Source of the DNA: an uncultured virus (IMG/VR IMGVR_UViG_3300045020_000151)
Lineage: Duplodnaviria > Heunggongvirae > Uroviricota > Caudoviricetes
IMG/VR virus record: IMGVR_UViG_3300045020_000151
Strand: one strand, 5' to 3'
DNA: 64,000 bases
Shown here one piece after another: positions 36,009 to 45,111 of the stretch (its first letter is position 1; each line of letters starts with the position of its first letter). The notes under the pieces were generated by a model. That model made no database searches, was not told where the DNA came from, and saw only the letters and a program-made list of their open reading frames with translations. Made by a program: the position numbers and the translations under genes.

Positions 36009-36770
36009 ATGGCCTTGATCGAGACCGACGAAGAGATTCGATTCCTCAGGGACCTGTTCATCGACAGGCTTGACATGTCGATCCACACAGCGGCAAAGGA
36101 GTGTGACCGCTTCCGAATCCCCATTCACAAGGACCTGATTGGGCGCATTCGCAGGAGCGTTCGACAGAGCCTGGGCAAGAACTTCCTGGAAGTGGTCCCT
36201 CCTCTGCCCCCAGACGAAGCGGCCGAAGAGAAGACTCTTGAGCGCCCTACAATGCCACCGCGCACAGCCGAGACGAGGGAACAGCGCATCCGGCGCAAGC
36301 AGGCCTTCGTTGATGACCTGGTCTTGGATCAGCCATCCATCACGCCAACGGAGATCACCAAGTCGGTGCAGCGCTGGTTCGATGGAGAGGGCATTGATCC
36401 CAGGTACCTCCTATCAGCTCTGCGGATCGCGAGAGAGCTGGCAGGCATACCCCAACGTCAACCACCGAAGTCGAGGTCTGCAAAAGCCTTGGAGACGAAG
36501 ATCGAACCCAAGAAGGAGACAGCACCAGTGCAAAGCCGTCACGCGCCTCCGACACCGGGGGAATCGGCTACAACGCCCAAGGCCAAGATTCCAGAGGGCG
36601 ATGAGTACGGAGTGTCCTGGCAGACGGATGGAGTGATGAGGTTCGACATCGTGAGCAAAGCAGAGCTCTCGACCTATCTCATCAGGCTCCAGGCCAAGGA
36701 CGAGAAGAACATCAAGGTCTGGGTGCCCAAGCCCTTCAAAGTCAGGATTGAGGTAGACCTGGGGGAGTAG
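36009..36770 (+). CDS. Hypothetical protein
   Basis: 253 aa; CCACAGGAG leader. Confidence 0.65.
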   Translation: MALIETDEEIRFLRDLFIDRLDMSIHTAAKECDRFRIPIHKDLIGRIRRSVRQSLGKNFLEVVPPLPPDEAAEEKTLERPTMPPRTAETREQRIRRKQAFVDDLVLDQPSITPTEITKSVQRWFDGEGIDPRYLLSALRIARELAGIPQRQPPKSRSAKALETKIEPKKETAPVQSRHAPPTPGESATTPKAKIPEGDEYGVSWQTDGVMRFDIVSKAELSTYLIRLQAKDEKNIKVWVPKPFKVRIEVDLGE

Positions 36771-36921
36771 TGCGGTGATAGGGGCAGAGTGCCTTACCGT
36801 CGATGGTGAGCTGCCATCCCTTTGGGGCGGCAGCTAACACCTCGCGGTTGGCAAGCTGCCTCACCCCCGAAGCCAGTTGTTGGCACTGGCAGCCGGGATG
36901 ATCGCAGTAGAAGGCGGTCAT
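36742..36921 (-). CDS. Small Zn-binding protein (CDHPGC...CPYH)
   Basis: Start at MTAFYC. Confidence 0.5.
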   Translation of the reverse strand: MTAFYCDHPGCQCQQLASGVRQLANREVLAAAPKGWQLTIDGKALCPYHRTTPPGLPQS

Positions 36922-37148
36922 GGGCGAATCACCGGGTAGATTCGACGGTGCAGGTAGCTGCCAACGAAGATGTATGTCCGGTTGTTGAGGCACTCGGACA
37001 TCACCTGGAAGCCCTTCCCAGCAATGCGATTGACGAGCTGGGTGACGTCCCCAGGGAACGTCGTGACGTCCAGAGCTTGCTCTTGACCGGTCTGCCTGAG
37101 AGAGAAGATGACCTGTCTCGCAGCGGTCTCATAGATGTCGAGGGCCAT
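36918..37148 (-). CDS. Hypothetical protein
   Basis: ATG 37148 (MALDIYE) overlapping upstream TAA. Confidence 0.5.
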   Translation of the reverse strand: MALDIYETAARQVIFSLRQTGQEQALDVTTFPGDVTQLVNRIAGKGFQVMSECLNNRTYIFVGSYLHRRIYPVIRP

Positions 37149-39466
37149 TAGCGAAGTAGAGGATAGCGCCTGATGGTCCCCTTCCAAACAACGAACACTC
37201 TCTGGGTTGTCGGCTTTCCACCGACTACGACCTGCATGGAGGTGTCGTAGACGTTGTACCCGTTGTCTTGGAACTTCGTCTTTAGCCTTTCGACGCTTCC
37301 CAGTTTGGACAGGTCGATTTGGATGGGTCCATCGAAGAGCTTTAGAGCGAAGACTGTCTGATTGTAGGCAATCACAACCGGATCTTCCACTATGCTCAAG
37401 GATTCGCTGAGTCTGATCGCCTCGGGCAGCTCTGGGTCCAACCTCATCATGTAACCCAATGCTTCAGAGATGGGGACAGGATCAGAGAGTGAAACCTTAA
37501 GGGTACGTCCGACCGTCCAGCTATCCGAGAGGGGCACATCTTCGATGAGAGGCAGGAGTCCAGCCCACCTGGAGCTTAGGCTTTCGGACAGTGACCAATG
37601 ATCTGGAGCTACAACTCTGGCTCCAAGGCTCACGAAGATGGCATCACTCCAGGACACCGTCTCGGACAAGTGAGCGGAAGCGGAGAAGAGTTCTCTGGAG
37701 CCCTCCGTTATGGGCAGACCCTCATTGAATGAAATCTCATTGAGGGTGTGAGCGTGGGGCAGGAGTTGAGCGAAGCGGGCTCTGATTTGAAGAGGTATGT
37801 TCTGCTCAACGAACGATTCTACGTACGAGACGGCATCTGCCAATGGGATGCGCATCCCGTGAATGGCTCTCAATCCCTCCCCGTTGGGGACTGTCTCTGA
37901 AAGATGCAGGAGCTGCCCTTTGCCAACCTCGATAGCCTGTTCTTGAATGCGGACGTACTCTGGTAGTCCTACGACGGCCTGGTGTTGCATCCCAAAAGCT
38001 TCGAACAGCGCAAAGCTCTCATGAAAAGTGTAGGTGGAGTGCAGGCTGATGCTGAATGCCTCGGCCAGACCCAGGGACACAGGGAGTATCAGATGCTGAC
38101 CCCGAGAGACTGAAACCCTGGCGAAGTGAGAGAGCGACTCGCTGAGGCTATTGGAATAGCCCATTCGAACTCTCAGGCTCTCTGAGAGTGTCCATGGCTC
38201 ACTCAAGACCAGATGCTCCGATCCGACACCGACCAAAGATTCATGAATCGAATCGGTCTCCGCCAGTATCTGGGCATAGTGGAGACGGAGAGTCGCCAAC
38301 TCAGAAGCCGGAATCGATTCAGATAGGGAAATGGACATCCCCCTATGAGCCGACAGGTTCTCCACAAGTCCTGCGGTCTCGATGAGAGCTGATCGCAGAT
38401 GGGCCGCTACGCCCAAGGCTTCGGTTAGCATTTCCGACTCTGAGAGATGGGGCTTGGCAGAGAATTGAGAAGCCAGGAACTCTGACAGTCCAATGGATTC
38501 GCTCAGCACCTGATGGGTGGAATGAACGGTCGCCAAGGTCTCATGAAACCCAACTGTTTCCGATATAGGAACGATGGCCGAAAACCGGGTCGCTAGGGCT
38601 TCAACAAAGCCCACCGATTCCGCCAGACCGATCAGAGCTCTGTAGGCAGAAGCAATCGAATCCGACCATGGCACTGCTTCAGAGAGATGTTGGGTGCCAA
38701 CGAAATGAGATGCTTGGGACTCGGTAAGCCCAATCGTCTCGGCCAATCCAACTAGGGCCCTCAGATGGGCAATCAGCGCCTCAATCAGAGATATCGATTC
38801 TGCAAGAGCTACTCTCGTCCCATGGGAGACAGCGATGGCTTCGGTCCATGAAACAGTTTCAGATAGAGGAAGAGTGCCTGAGTAGCGGGTCGCGGCGACT
38901 TCGAAGAGCGTCACCGTTTCAAGGAGACCCTGAAAGGCATGACGAACGACTGCGACCGCCTCGGCCCAGCCCACCGTCTCAGCCAAAGCTGAATGGATGT
39001 GAAGGATGACCGCCAGTGCATCGCTCCAGGGTACGGTCTCCGAGACAGATGCGTGCGTGGCATAGTGAGAGGTCAGAGCCTCTATCAGACCAATGGTCTC
39101 AGCGAGAGCCGGTTTGGCTCGGTAGATGACTCCTATTCCATCCCCAAGAGCTCCACTCTCATTGAGCGCCACTTTGGAACGGTAGAGAGCCACCAACAAC
39201 TCAGAGGTGGAAACGGTCTCTGAGATGGGAGCAACCGCCCCATACCGTGCAGCTAAAGCCTCGCTGATAGTGAGGGACTCAGAGAAGTGGACGGAATCCT
39301 TCAGAACAGCAACCAGGGCTTCGCCCACAGTCACCGTCTCGGAAAGACCCTGAATCGAATGCTGATGCTCTACAGCTCCTTCAACGAGTGGGACTGTCTC
39401 GAAGATAGGCGCTATGTAGGCAGCGTATAGATTCTGCCGAACCAGGGGGATGAAGGCCCCCAGCAT
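37148..39466 (-). CDS. Putative virion fibre protein with ~20-aa tandem repeats
   Basis: 772 aa; repeats xE[TS]hxhxEAh... every 20 aa. Confidence 0.7.
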   Translation of the reverse strand: MLGAFIPLVRQNLYAAYIAPIFETVPLVEGAVEHQHSIQGLSETVTVGEALVAVLKDSVHFSESLTISEALAARYGAVAPISETVSTSELLVALYRSKVALNESGALGDGIGVIYRAKPALAETIGLIEALTSHYATHASVSETVPWSDALAVILHIHSALAETVGWAEAVAVVRHAFQGLLETVTLFEVAATRYSGTLPLSETVSWTEAIAVSHGTRVALAESISLIEALIAHLRALVGLAETIGLTESQASHFVGTQHLSEAVPWSDSIASAYRALIGLAESVGFVEALATRFSAIVPISETVGFHETLATVHSTHQVLSESIGLSEFLASQFSAKPHLSESEMLTEALGVAAHLRSALIETAGLVENLSAHRGMSISLSESIPASELATLRLHYAQILAETDSIHESLVGVGSEHLVLSEPWTLSESLRVRMGYSNSLSESLSHFARVSVSRGQHLILPVSLGLAEAFSISLHSTYTFHESFALFEAFGMQHQAVVGLPEYVRIQEQAIEVGKGQLLHLSETVPNGEGLRAIHGMRIPLADAVSYVESFVEQNIPLQIRARFAQLLPHAHTLNEISFNEGLPITEGSRELFSASAHLSETVSWSDAIFVSLGARVVAPDHWSLSESLSSRWAGLLPLIEDVPLSDSWTVGRTLKVSLSDPVPISEALGYMMRLDPELPEAIRLSESLSIVEDPVVIAYNQTVFALKLFDGPIQIDLSKLGSVERLKTKFQDNGYNVYDTSMQVVVGGKPTTQRVFVVWKGTIRRYPLLR

Positions 39467-39469
39467 GAG

Positions 39470-40117
39470 CTACTCCAGATCGAGCTCAACCTCGTGCCAG
39501 TTGGCACCCACGATGTACAGAGGCGTCGTCCCAGCAGGAGCGAGCAGAGCCACGCCCAGTAGCTGTCCAGGTGGGACAATGACCCGGCCTTGGGCGTCGG
39601 CGGCGGATCCAACGAAAGTTCCTGCTGCAGCCGGAGCCACACTGAGGGTCGAAGCCATTTCCATGAAGCCCCACTGACTGAAGCCAGTTGGAGTGGGAAT
39701 GGTATAGGCCGTTGCGAGGATTGCCTTGCTGTTGAGTCCTCCGTTCGATCTCGATCCAATGGCCGAACCGGTGGCTGCGGTTGGCAGAGTGGCCGTCGGC
39801 TTGGTAACGATGCACATGAACCCCGCACCGATGCCGGCCGTACCAGACAGAAAGAAGGCGGAGAGGTTGTCGAGAACGTAGGAGCGATTGGGATCTCCAT
39901 TGTAGAGAGCCCAAGTAGCCGTAGTCGTGGGTACAGCTTGGACTGGTGCCTGACCGGTGGTCGAAAAGATGCCAGTGAAACGGCGTCCTGCCCTGGTCAT
40001 TTCCGTTCCTGGAGCCTCGACCTGAGCAATTGCCAAGCTCCCAAGGCCGGTGGCTCGTGCGACTATCTGCCCAATGAGTTTGGGGACGAATCTCCCTACA
40101 TTCAGCTCGGAAATCAT
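39470..40117 (-). CDS. Putative structural protein
   Basis: 215 aa, Gly/Ala/Thr-rich beta-type composition. Confidence 0.55.
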   Translation of the reverse strand: MISELNVGRFVPKLIGQIVARATGLGSLAIAQVEAPGTEMTRAGRRFTGIFSTTGQAPVQAVPTTTATWALYNGDPNRSYVLDNLSAFFLSGTAGIGAGFMCIVTKPTATLPTAATGSAIGSRSNGGLNSKAILATAYTIPTPTGFSQWGFMEMASTLSVAPAAAGTFVGSAADAQGRVIVPPGQLLGVALLAPAGTTPLYIVGANWHEVELDLE

Positions 40118-40443
40118 CGTTCGCCTCTATTCATGAACTGGAGATTGACGCGTTCTCGGGAGCGAGTGGAGAAGGAGTAACGTTGGGCGTCTGCAGACTT
40201 CAGGAAGGCCAATTCAGCAGCTTGTCTCTCCCGCCTCGATTCAACTGGAAGAGGGTTTTGGAAAGTGGCATCGCCTGCATCGGTATCATAGGGACCGACA
40301 GCAATCTTCGATCTCGCAACTTTGTAGTCGGTGAGTGGGAGATTGGGATCTCCACGTTGGGAACCAACAGGCTGATCCTCCGAGGAGTAGACGTCTCCGC
40401 CTACCCCTGGGTTCAGCGTAGTGCCGTCATTCGAGTTCGCCAC
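40114..40443 (-). CDS. Putative structural protein
   Basis: TTLNPGVGGD...KIAVG.......PLPV. Confidence 0.5.
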   Translation of the reverse strand: MANSNDGTTLNPGVGGDVYSSEDQPVGSQRGDPNLPLTDYKVARSKIAVGPYDTDAGDATFQNPLPVESRRERQAAELAFLKSADAQRYSFSTRSRERVNLQFMNRGER

Positions 40444-40448
40444 TGCGA

Positions 40449-41111
40449 CTAACCCAGCGTGATGGTGTAGGTGACCTGAATGGTGTCACCGCTGATGAGG
40501 GAACGCTGAGTGAAGGTGAGTTCATGATTCATCACCCCGGCCGAAGAAGCGTTGAAGAGGGCTGCAGCCTGACAAGCCTGGGTGCCCGTGGCGGTGAAGG
40601 TGTTCTGGACGGTCGTCGTGTTGGTGCCAGCCGAGTGAGCGTAGGCACCCTGGGCCCTACCAAGGCCGTTGGTTGAAATCTCTCCGGCCAGAGTAGTGTC
40701 ACCTGCTGCTGGAGTGATGGCCGAGTTGGTCAGGCCGATGTAGTTGAAGCCGTTGGTCGCAAGTCCGGAAGTGCCGTAGCCCTGCAAATGTAGTTGGTCA
40801 CGACCAGAGTTGGTGATCTGATTCCAAACCGTCTCCCTTTCCCCGACATCGATGTAGCTGTCGAGGTCAGGCAACCAGATGCCGTTTCTGTCTGTGAACC
40901 CACCCTTTGCAAGAAGCTTCTGGAGCAGGGCATCGTCTGCGAAGGCAGCCTCAGCAGTTTCAGGTCTCAACAGCTTGAAGTCCTGTGGACGCCTCTGAAC
41001 AATCTCCATGCTTGCTCTGCCGAGACTGATGGACTCTCTGAGGTGAGACCGCATGATGACGCCGACAAGCATGCCTTCAGCGGTTCGCACCATCTCGTTC
41101 AATCTGCCCAT
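40449..41111 (-). CDS. Putative tail fibre/collar-type structural protein
   Basis: NQITNSGRD...YIGL...GDTTLAGEI...AALFNA...GDTIQVTYTITL. Confidence 0.55.
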   Translation of the reverse strand: MGRLNEMVRTAEGMLVGVIMRSHLRESISLGRASMEIVQRRPQDFKLLRPETAEAAFADDALLQKLLAKGGFTDRNGIWLPDLDSYIDVGERETVWNQITNSGRDQLHLQGYGTSGLATNGFNYIGLTNSAITPAAGDTTLAGEISTNGLGRAQGAYAHSAGTNTTTVQNTFTATGTQACQAAALFNASSAGVMNHELTFTQRSLISGDTIQVTYTITLG

Positions 41112-41204
41112 GGGTCGAGGATCTCCAAGAGAGGGTGTAGACCAATCGACAGTACTCCCGGGACCTCTTGACTGGGAATGAGGAAGTAGAGCAGTCGCGG
41201 GTCA

Positions 41205-41232
41205 CAAAGATAGGGGCTGCCAGAGGCATAAG
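41205..41232 (+). promoter_or_regulatory. Repeated promoter motif copy (CAAAG-N15-GGCATAAG)
   Basis: Motif match. Confidence 0.55.
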
Positions 41233-41248
41233 GAAGTGGAGGAACGTC

Positions 41249-41572
41249 ATGACCTTACGACCATCATCCAAACGGAACACTTCCACAGGGAAGAAAGGCA
41301 CTCAATCAGAGCCCAGCTACGTCCCCAATCTCAGCTACCATCATCTCGAAGCCATCTGTAGGTTCGAGGTGAAGAAGGAACTGCGGCATTCACAACGGGA
41401 TGAGTACCTCACCCTCTACAAGGCTTCCAAGGAACGTGGAATGCCATACCGAGAAGGCCACGAGTCAGCTCTTCTCAGGACGATGGGCCTGAACTTCAAG
41501 GATGGGGACCTCATCGAGATCACCGCGAGAGTCGTTTCGAGACGAGAAGTGGTGATGGTGCCGGCTTTCTGA
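41249..41572 (+). CDS. Hypothetical protein
   Basis: ATG 41249 after GGAGG. Confidence 0.55.
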   Translation: MTLRPSSKRNTSTGKKGTQSEPSYVPNLSYHHLEAICRFEVKKELRHSQRDEYLTLYKASKERGMPYREGHESALLRTMGLNFKDGDLIEITARVVSRREVVMVPAF

Positions 41573-41578
41573 TGCTCG

Positions 41579-41606
41579 CAAAACCTGGGGTGTTCTTCGG
41601 CATAAG
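41579..41606 (+). promoter_or_regulatory. Repeated promoter motif copy (CAAAA-N15-GGCATAAG)
   Basis: Motif match, followed by a structured non-coding segment. Confidence 0.6.
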
Positions 41607-41611
41607 GTTCT

Positions 41612-41780
41612 AGCAGCTTGGACCCACTTTCAGCTTCTGGGTCGGCTCAGCGAGCTTCATCCCTGTGGGCTGCGCTCGACCACTCAATGGCAGAAGCTGG
41701 TCCCAGTTGTACATGAGCCGTCTTCCTCTAGGCTTGTGGTGGGAAAGGGGGCCAGGCAGCATACGGCCCCCTTTCCCTTA
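41612..41780 (+). ncRNA. Candidate structured small RNA
   Basis: Between promoter motif and hairpin terminator; nested pairings CAGCTTCTG/CAGAAGCTG and GGTCG/CGACC; no ORF with SD. Confidence 0.4.
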
Positions 41781-41793
41781 GCCCTGTGGATAG

Positions 41794-41820
41794 CAATTCC
41801 TGAGGACTCCTCGGCACAAG
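41794..41820 (+). promoter_or_regulatory. Promoter motif variant (CAATT-N14-GGCACAAG)
   Basis: One mismatch, same spacing. Confidence 0.45.
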
Positions 41821-41909
41821 GTTTTGAGGACCGAAAGGCCCTTTGGCAACAACAGAGGGCCCATTACCCTCTTCAACCCGTCCCACTGGGACACCACAGG
41901 GAAACCACA

Positions 41910-42545
41910 ATGAAGACCATTCTTACGAACGTAGTGCTGTTCAGGGTGCTGCCGGTGCTCGTGGCGGCGTCCTTCTTCCTGGGCTGCAGTGGAGCCCCTT
42001 TCACCCCTGCCGAGACCTGCTCGTACCAGGGCATCACGATTCAAGTCGAAGGTCGTTGGCAGGCTGACGGCAAGGCGCTGGCTGGTTGCGACTATTTCCA
42101 GGCGGCGGCTCAATCGGCGTTGGAGTTTGATCAGCAGTGGATGTCCGCCGCTGAGCTGAACAAGATCACCGACGGCCTCGAAGTGTGGGTCCATGCTGAC
42201 AACCACACCATCATCTGCGGAAACAGCAGCACAGGTGCTGGCTGCAACTTCGGGGTCCATCACATCGAGACCGTGTCGAACATGGGACCTCTGGGTCACG
42301 AGATTCTTCACAGCCTCGATCGCGAAGAGGGTGCCTACGACGGCAAGGATTCGCTCTCCCAGCACTGGAACTGGAACGTGCAGGGTGCCGCAGATGGTGC
42401 TCGGTCCTACATCGATCCGACCACGCCGTTCGGCACCGACTACCCCATCATGGTTGGTAGCTGGTGGGATTCCGCGATGCAGTTGTTCCGCAAGCAGCAG
42501 GGCATCTTCATCGAGACCTACTGCGGCGACACCGGCAACTGCTAG
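41910..42545 (+). CDS. Lipoprotein with HExxH zinc-metallopeptidase motif
   Basis: MKTIL...SFFLGC lipobox; GPLGHEILHSL. Confidence 0.65.
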   Translation: MKTILTNVVLFRVLPVLVAASFFLGCSGAPFTPAETCSYQGITIQVEGRWQADGKALAGCDYFQAAAQSALEFDQQWMSAAELNKITDGLEVWVHADNHTIICGNSSTGAGCNFGVHHIETVSNMGPLGHEILHSLDREEGAYDGKDSLSQHWNWNVQGAADGARSYIDPTTPFGTDYPIMVGSWWDSAMQLFRKQQGIFIETYCGDTGNC

Positions 42546-42561
42546 GGCCAGAGGAACTCAC

Positions 42562-42744
42562 ATGCCATTCCACGAACGACTCCTCCGGCTGGAGAGGCTA
42601 CACGAGCGTCTGTCCGCGCTCATCCTGGACTTCCCAACCAACGGCAAAGGGAAGCAGGACTTCGTTGAAGGATTCGAGGCGCTCGATGCGGAGCTGACTT
42701 CGATGAAACGACGAGGCCTGCCGTACGTCACAGATGCACGCTAA
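42562..42744 (+). CDS. Hypothetical protein
   Basis: ATG 42562 after GAGG. Confidence 0.5.
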   Translation: MPFHERLLRLERLHERLSALILDFPTNGKGKQDFVEGFEALDAELTSMKRRGLPYVTDAR

Positions 42745-43117
42745 ACACCAACAACCACTGCCGGTGGCTTCCACGCTGCCGGCGGTGGTCCGAGTTCAGT
42801 GCGTAGATCGAACCTCTTCCAATGAGATGAGCTTCTTCTTGCCCATCAATGAGGAAGGCGGATTCGAACCGGAAGAGTTCTCCGAGGTACAGCCTTTCAA
42901 CATGGTCTTCTGCACATGGGACCATTCAGAGTTCAGAGGCTCGGTGAACTGCGAAGAAGACGGCAAGGTCGTCTTCGATTTCGAGGATGACGTGATGACC
43001 TTCGAGGTCCCCAAGGGCTACAAAGTGCGCCTTGGATCTCTCTTCCGGATGGACAGCCAACGGTATCCTGGAAAGAAGTTCGACTACGTCGTCTCCAGGT
43101 ACGACGAGTTCAAATAG
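42734..43117 (+). CDS. Hypothetical protein
   Basis: 127 aa ORF. Confidence 0.55.
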   Translation: MHAKHQQPLPVASTLPAVVRVQCVDRTSSNEMSFFLPINEEGGFEPEEFSEVQPFNMVFCTWDHSEFRGSVNCEEDGKVVFDFEDDVMTFEVPKGYKVRLGSLFRMDSQRYPGKKFDYVVSRYDEFK

Positions 43118-43183
43118 ATGTCGGCTGGGGTTGCGCCCTGGTCAAGGTAGTAGGGAGGGGACGCAAACCCCTCCTCTTAGGCC

Positions 43184-43369
43184 TCAGAGCTCCACAACAC
43201 GCCTAGGATCGCGTTCGTCAGGTTCCTCCAGGCCAACTCTGGGGAATGAGTGAACGGGGCGGAAAGAGGCTCTCAGGCGATCCGGCTTGAGGAGAGCGGT
43301 TTGGAGCTCCATTTCCGTGCTCCGTGCGTCGAACCATCTCTTGAGCTCTTGACGCTCCGTGTCACTCAC
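43184..43369 (-). CDS. Hypothetical protein ending PRRVVEL
   Basis: 61 aa ORF, GTGA overlap. Confidence 0.45.
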   Translation of the reverse strand: MSDTERQELKRWFDARSTEMELQTALLKPDRLRASFRPVHSFPRVGLEEPDERDPRRVVEL

Positions 43370-44004
43370 AGCTCGACGACCCTTCTGGGGGCAAGAGTCT
43401 CCTGCTCTGGTTCTTTCGGAGCTTCGATCTCCTCAGTGGCTGCCTCCCAGTACCTGTGGTCCATCAACTCTTGGAGTCGTTGGAATTGCTGGAAGGCTGT
43501 AGAGCGTGCCGGGCTGCCCACCCAACCACTTTGGTCTCCCATGACCTTCATCAAATCCGAAGGGCCAGTTCCGGTGGTCGTGATGGTGGGTGGGATGTAC
43601 TCCTGTTGATGCTGCTGCTCGAACCGCCGTGGGGGATTGAGCTCTTGAGCCGAGATTCCCAGCCCGCTGATCATCCCATTCCTGAGAGAACCGAGCATCG
43701 ACTCAAGTTGTTCCATGTGCCGATTCCGAACCTTGTCCACGGGCTTGGAAACGATCCGCAAGCCGTCAGGACCGTATTCGGCCATCTGGAAGACCGAGAA
43801 GTCGTCGTCCGAGGCCTCATCGATTCCAATGATCTCGTAGTTCTTGTCCATGACGCGGAACAGGTTCTCGCTCGTTCCGTACTGCACACACGCAAGATCA
43901 CCCTCTCGATGGGAGACGCGGGCAATGCCATCCTTCACGTCGTCCTTGATGCGCCTGATGAGATCCCTGTTGGTCTTGGTGTCGGGGATGTCAGTGACGT
44001 TCAT
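43366..44004 (-). CDS. Hypothetical protein ending PRRVVEL
   Basis: ATG 44004 (MNVTDIP) after GGAGGGAG. Confidence 0.6.
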   Translation of the reverse strand: MNVTDIPDTKTNRDLIRRIKDDVKDGIARVSHREGDLACVQYGTSENLFRVMDKNYEIIGIDEASDDDFSVFQMAEYGPDGLRIVSKPVDKVRNRHMEQLESMLGSLRNGMISGLGISAQELNPPRRFEQQHQQEYIPPTITTTGTGPSDLMKVMGDQSGWVGSPARSTAFQQFQRLQELMDHRYWEAATEEIEAPKEPEQETLAPRRVVEL

Positions 44005-44012
44005 GCTCCCTC

Positions 44013-44039
44013 CAATTGCGTTCCCCATGATGGCATAAG
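44013..44039 (+). promoter_or_regulatory. Repeated promoter motif copy (CAATT-N14-GGCATAAG)
   Basis: Motif match. Confidence 0.6.
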
Positions 44040-44085
44040 GTCTCAACGAAGGCACTGCCTTCAAACCTCCACAGGAGAAACCACA

Positions 44086-44364
44086 ATGTTCGTGCCCATC
44101 TTCATGCTGTGCTTCGTTGCGTTCTGGGCCTTCGTCCACTTCTTCAACTGGGTGGGCAAGCGAGCCATCAAGGACATCGTCAAGAACGAAACGGAGATGC
44201 GAGATGCCCTCATCGAGAAACAGCGTCAGCAGCTAACAGTCCGCGACGAAACCATCGCCTTCCTCAGAAAGATGCGGAATGAAGAGAAGACCCCAGAGCA
44301 GAAGGCGATCGAACGCGACTACGAGTACTTCCAGAAGCGGCTCAAACACTACAAGATGAACTAG
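44086..44364 (+). CDS. Membrane-anchored coiled-coil protein
   Basis: MFVPIFMLCFVAFWAFVHFF..; CCACAGGAG leader. Confidence 0.6.
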   Translation: MFVPIFMLCFVAFWAFVHFFNWVGKRAIKDIVKNETEMRDALIEKQRQQLTVRDETIAFLRKMRNEEKTPEQKAIERDYEYFQKRLKHYKMN

Positions 44365-44503
44365 CGGCAAAAGAAGAGCCCGCCTAAGCGAATTCACGCC
44401 GGCGGGCTCTCGCGGCCCCATAGGGGGAGGGGGGGACCTCTAGGGCCAAGCAAATGCAGTAGACCATTGCCTTCCACCACCGTCAAATGAGAGGAGAACC
44501 TAC

Positions 44504-44950
44504 ATGGGACCAACCAACTCGGAGACCGTTGCGAAGTTGAAGGAGATCAGGGAGGCCAGTGGGGAGTTCCTCAAGACCCACCAACCCGATTGCAAGTTCG
44601 AAGCGGTGAAGGACGATCTCGACAAGCTCTTCACCATCCTCATCTCCTTCGCGAAGATGGGTCACAGCGACAGTTGCGAGTGTGCGATGTACGCGAACAT
44701 CTGCCGCAAGCAACTATTCAACTCCCCCAACGAGCTATTCGTCGTAGTCACCCAAGAGAAGGAACTCCTGGGCTTCGTTGGCTTCGACTTCCTGGGAGCG
44801 TGCATCGGCACGGTGGCTCCGAAGAAGATGTCGTTCAAGGATCTCGAAGAGCTGCAGGTCACTCCCTTCGATTGCGTGCAGTTCGTGTACGAAGGAGTAG
44901 AGAAGTCCATCGTTCGACGCTCCGTCACTCAGGCTCCAGCCTCGGCGTAG
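44504..44950 (+). CDS. Hypothetical protein
   Basis: 148 aa, GAGGAG SD. Confidence 0.6.
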   Translation: MGPTNSETVAKLKEIREASGEFLKTHQPDCKFEAVKDDLDKLFTILISFAKMGHSDSCECAMYANICRKQLFNSPNELFVVVTQEKELLGFVGFDFLGACIGTVAPKKMSFKDLEELQVTPFDCVQFVYEGVEKSIVRRSVTQAPASA

Positions 44951-44956
44951 CAAAAC

Positions 44957-44982
44957 CAAAGGGCTTCGATTCGTGGCATAAG
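44957..44982 (+). promoter_or_regulatory. Repeated promoter motif copy (CAAAG-N13-GGCATAAG)
   Basis: Motif match. Confidence 0.55.
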
Positions 44983-45111
44983 CCTGTTGAGGAAGACTTT
45001 TGGATTCCATTTCCAGAAGTCTTTCCTTTACCGCCCATTGTTGGGGCGGACCGTGTCCACGGGGGATGCCTCCGCTCCAACCACAACAAACAGCACAGGG
45101 AACTGCACTTC

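Noticed and set aside
44590..45111. N-terminal extensions of several track ORFs (44590, 43456, 48668, 41736, 8139-8798)
   Set aside because: They overlap other genes or promoters; downstream ATGs with SD or leader motifs are better starts
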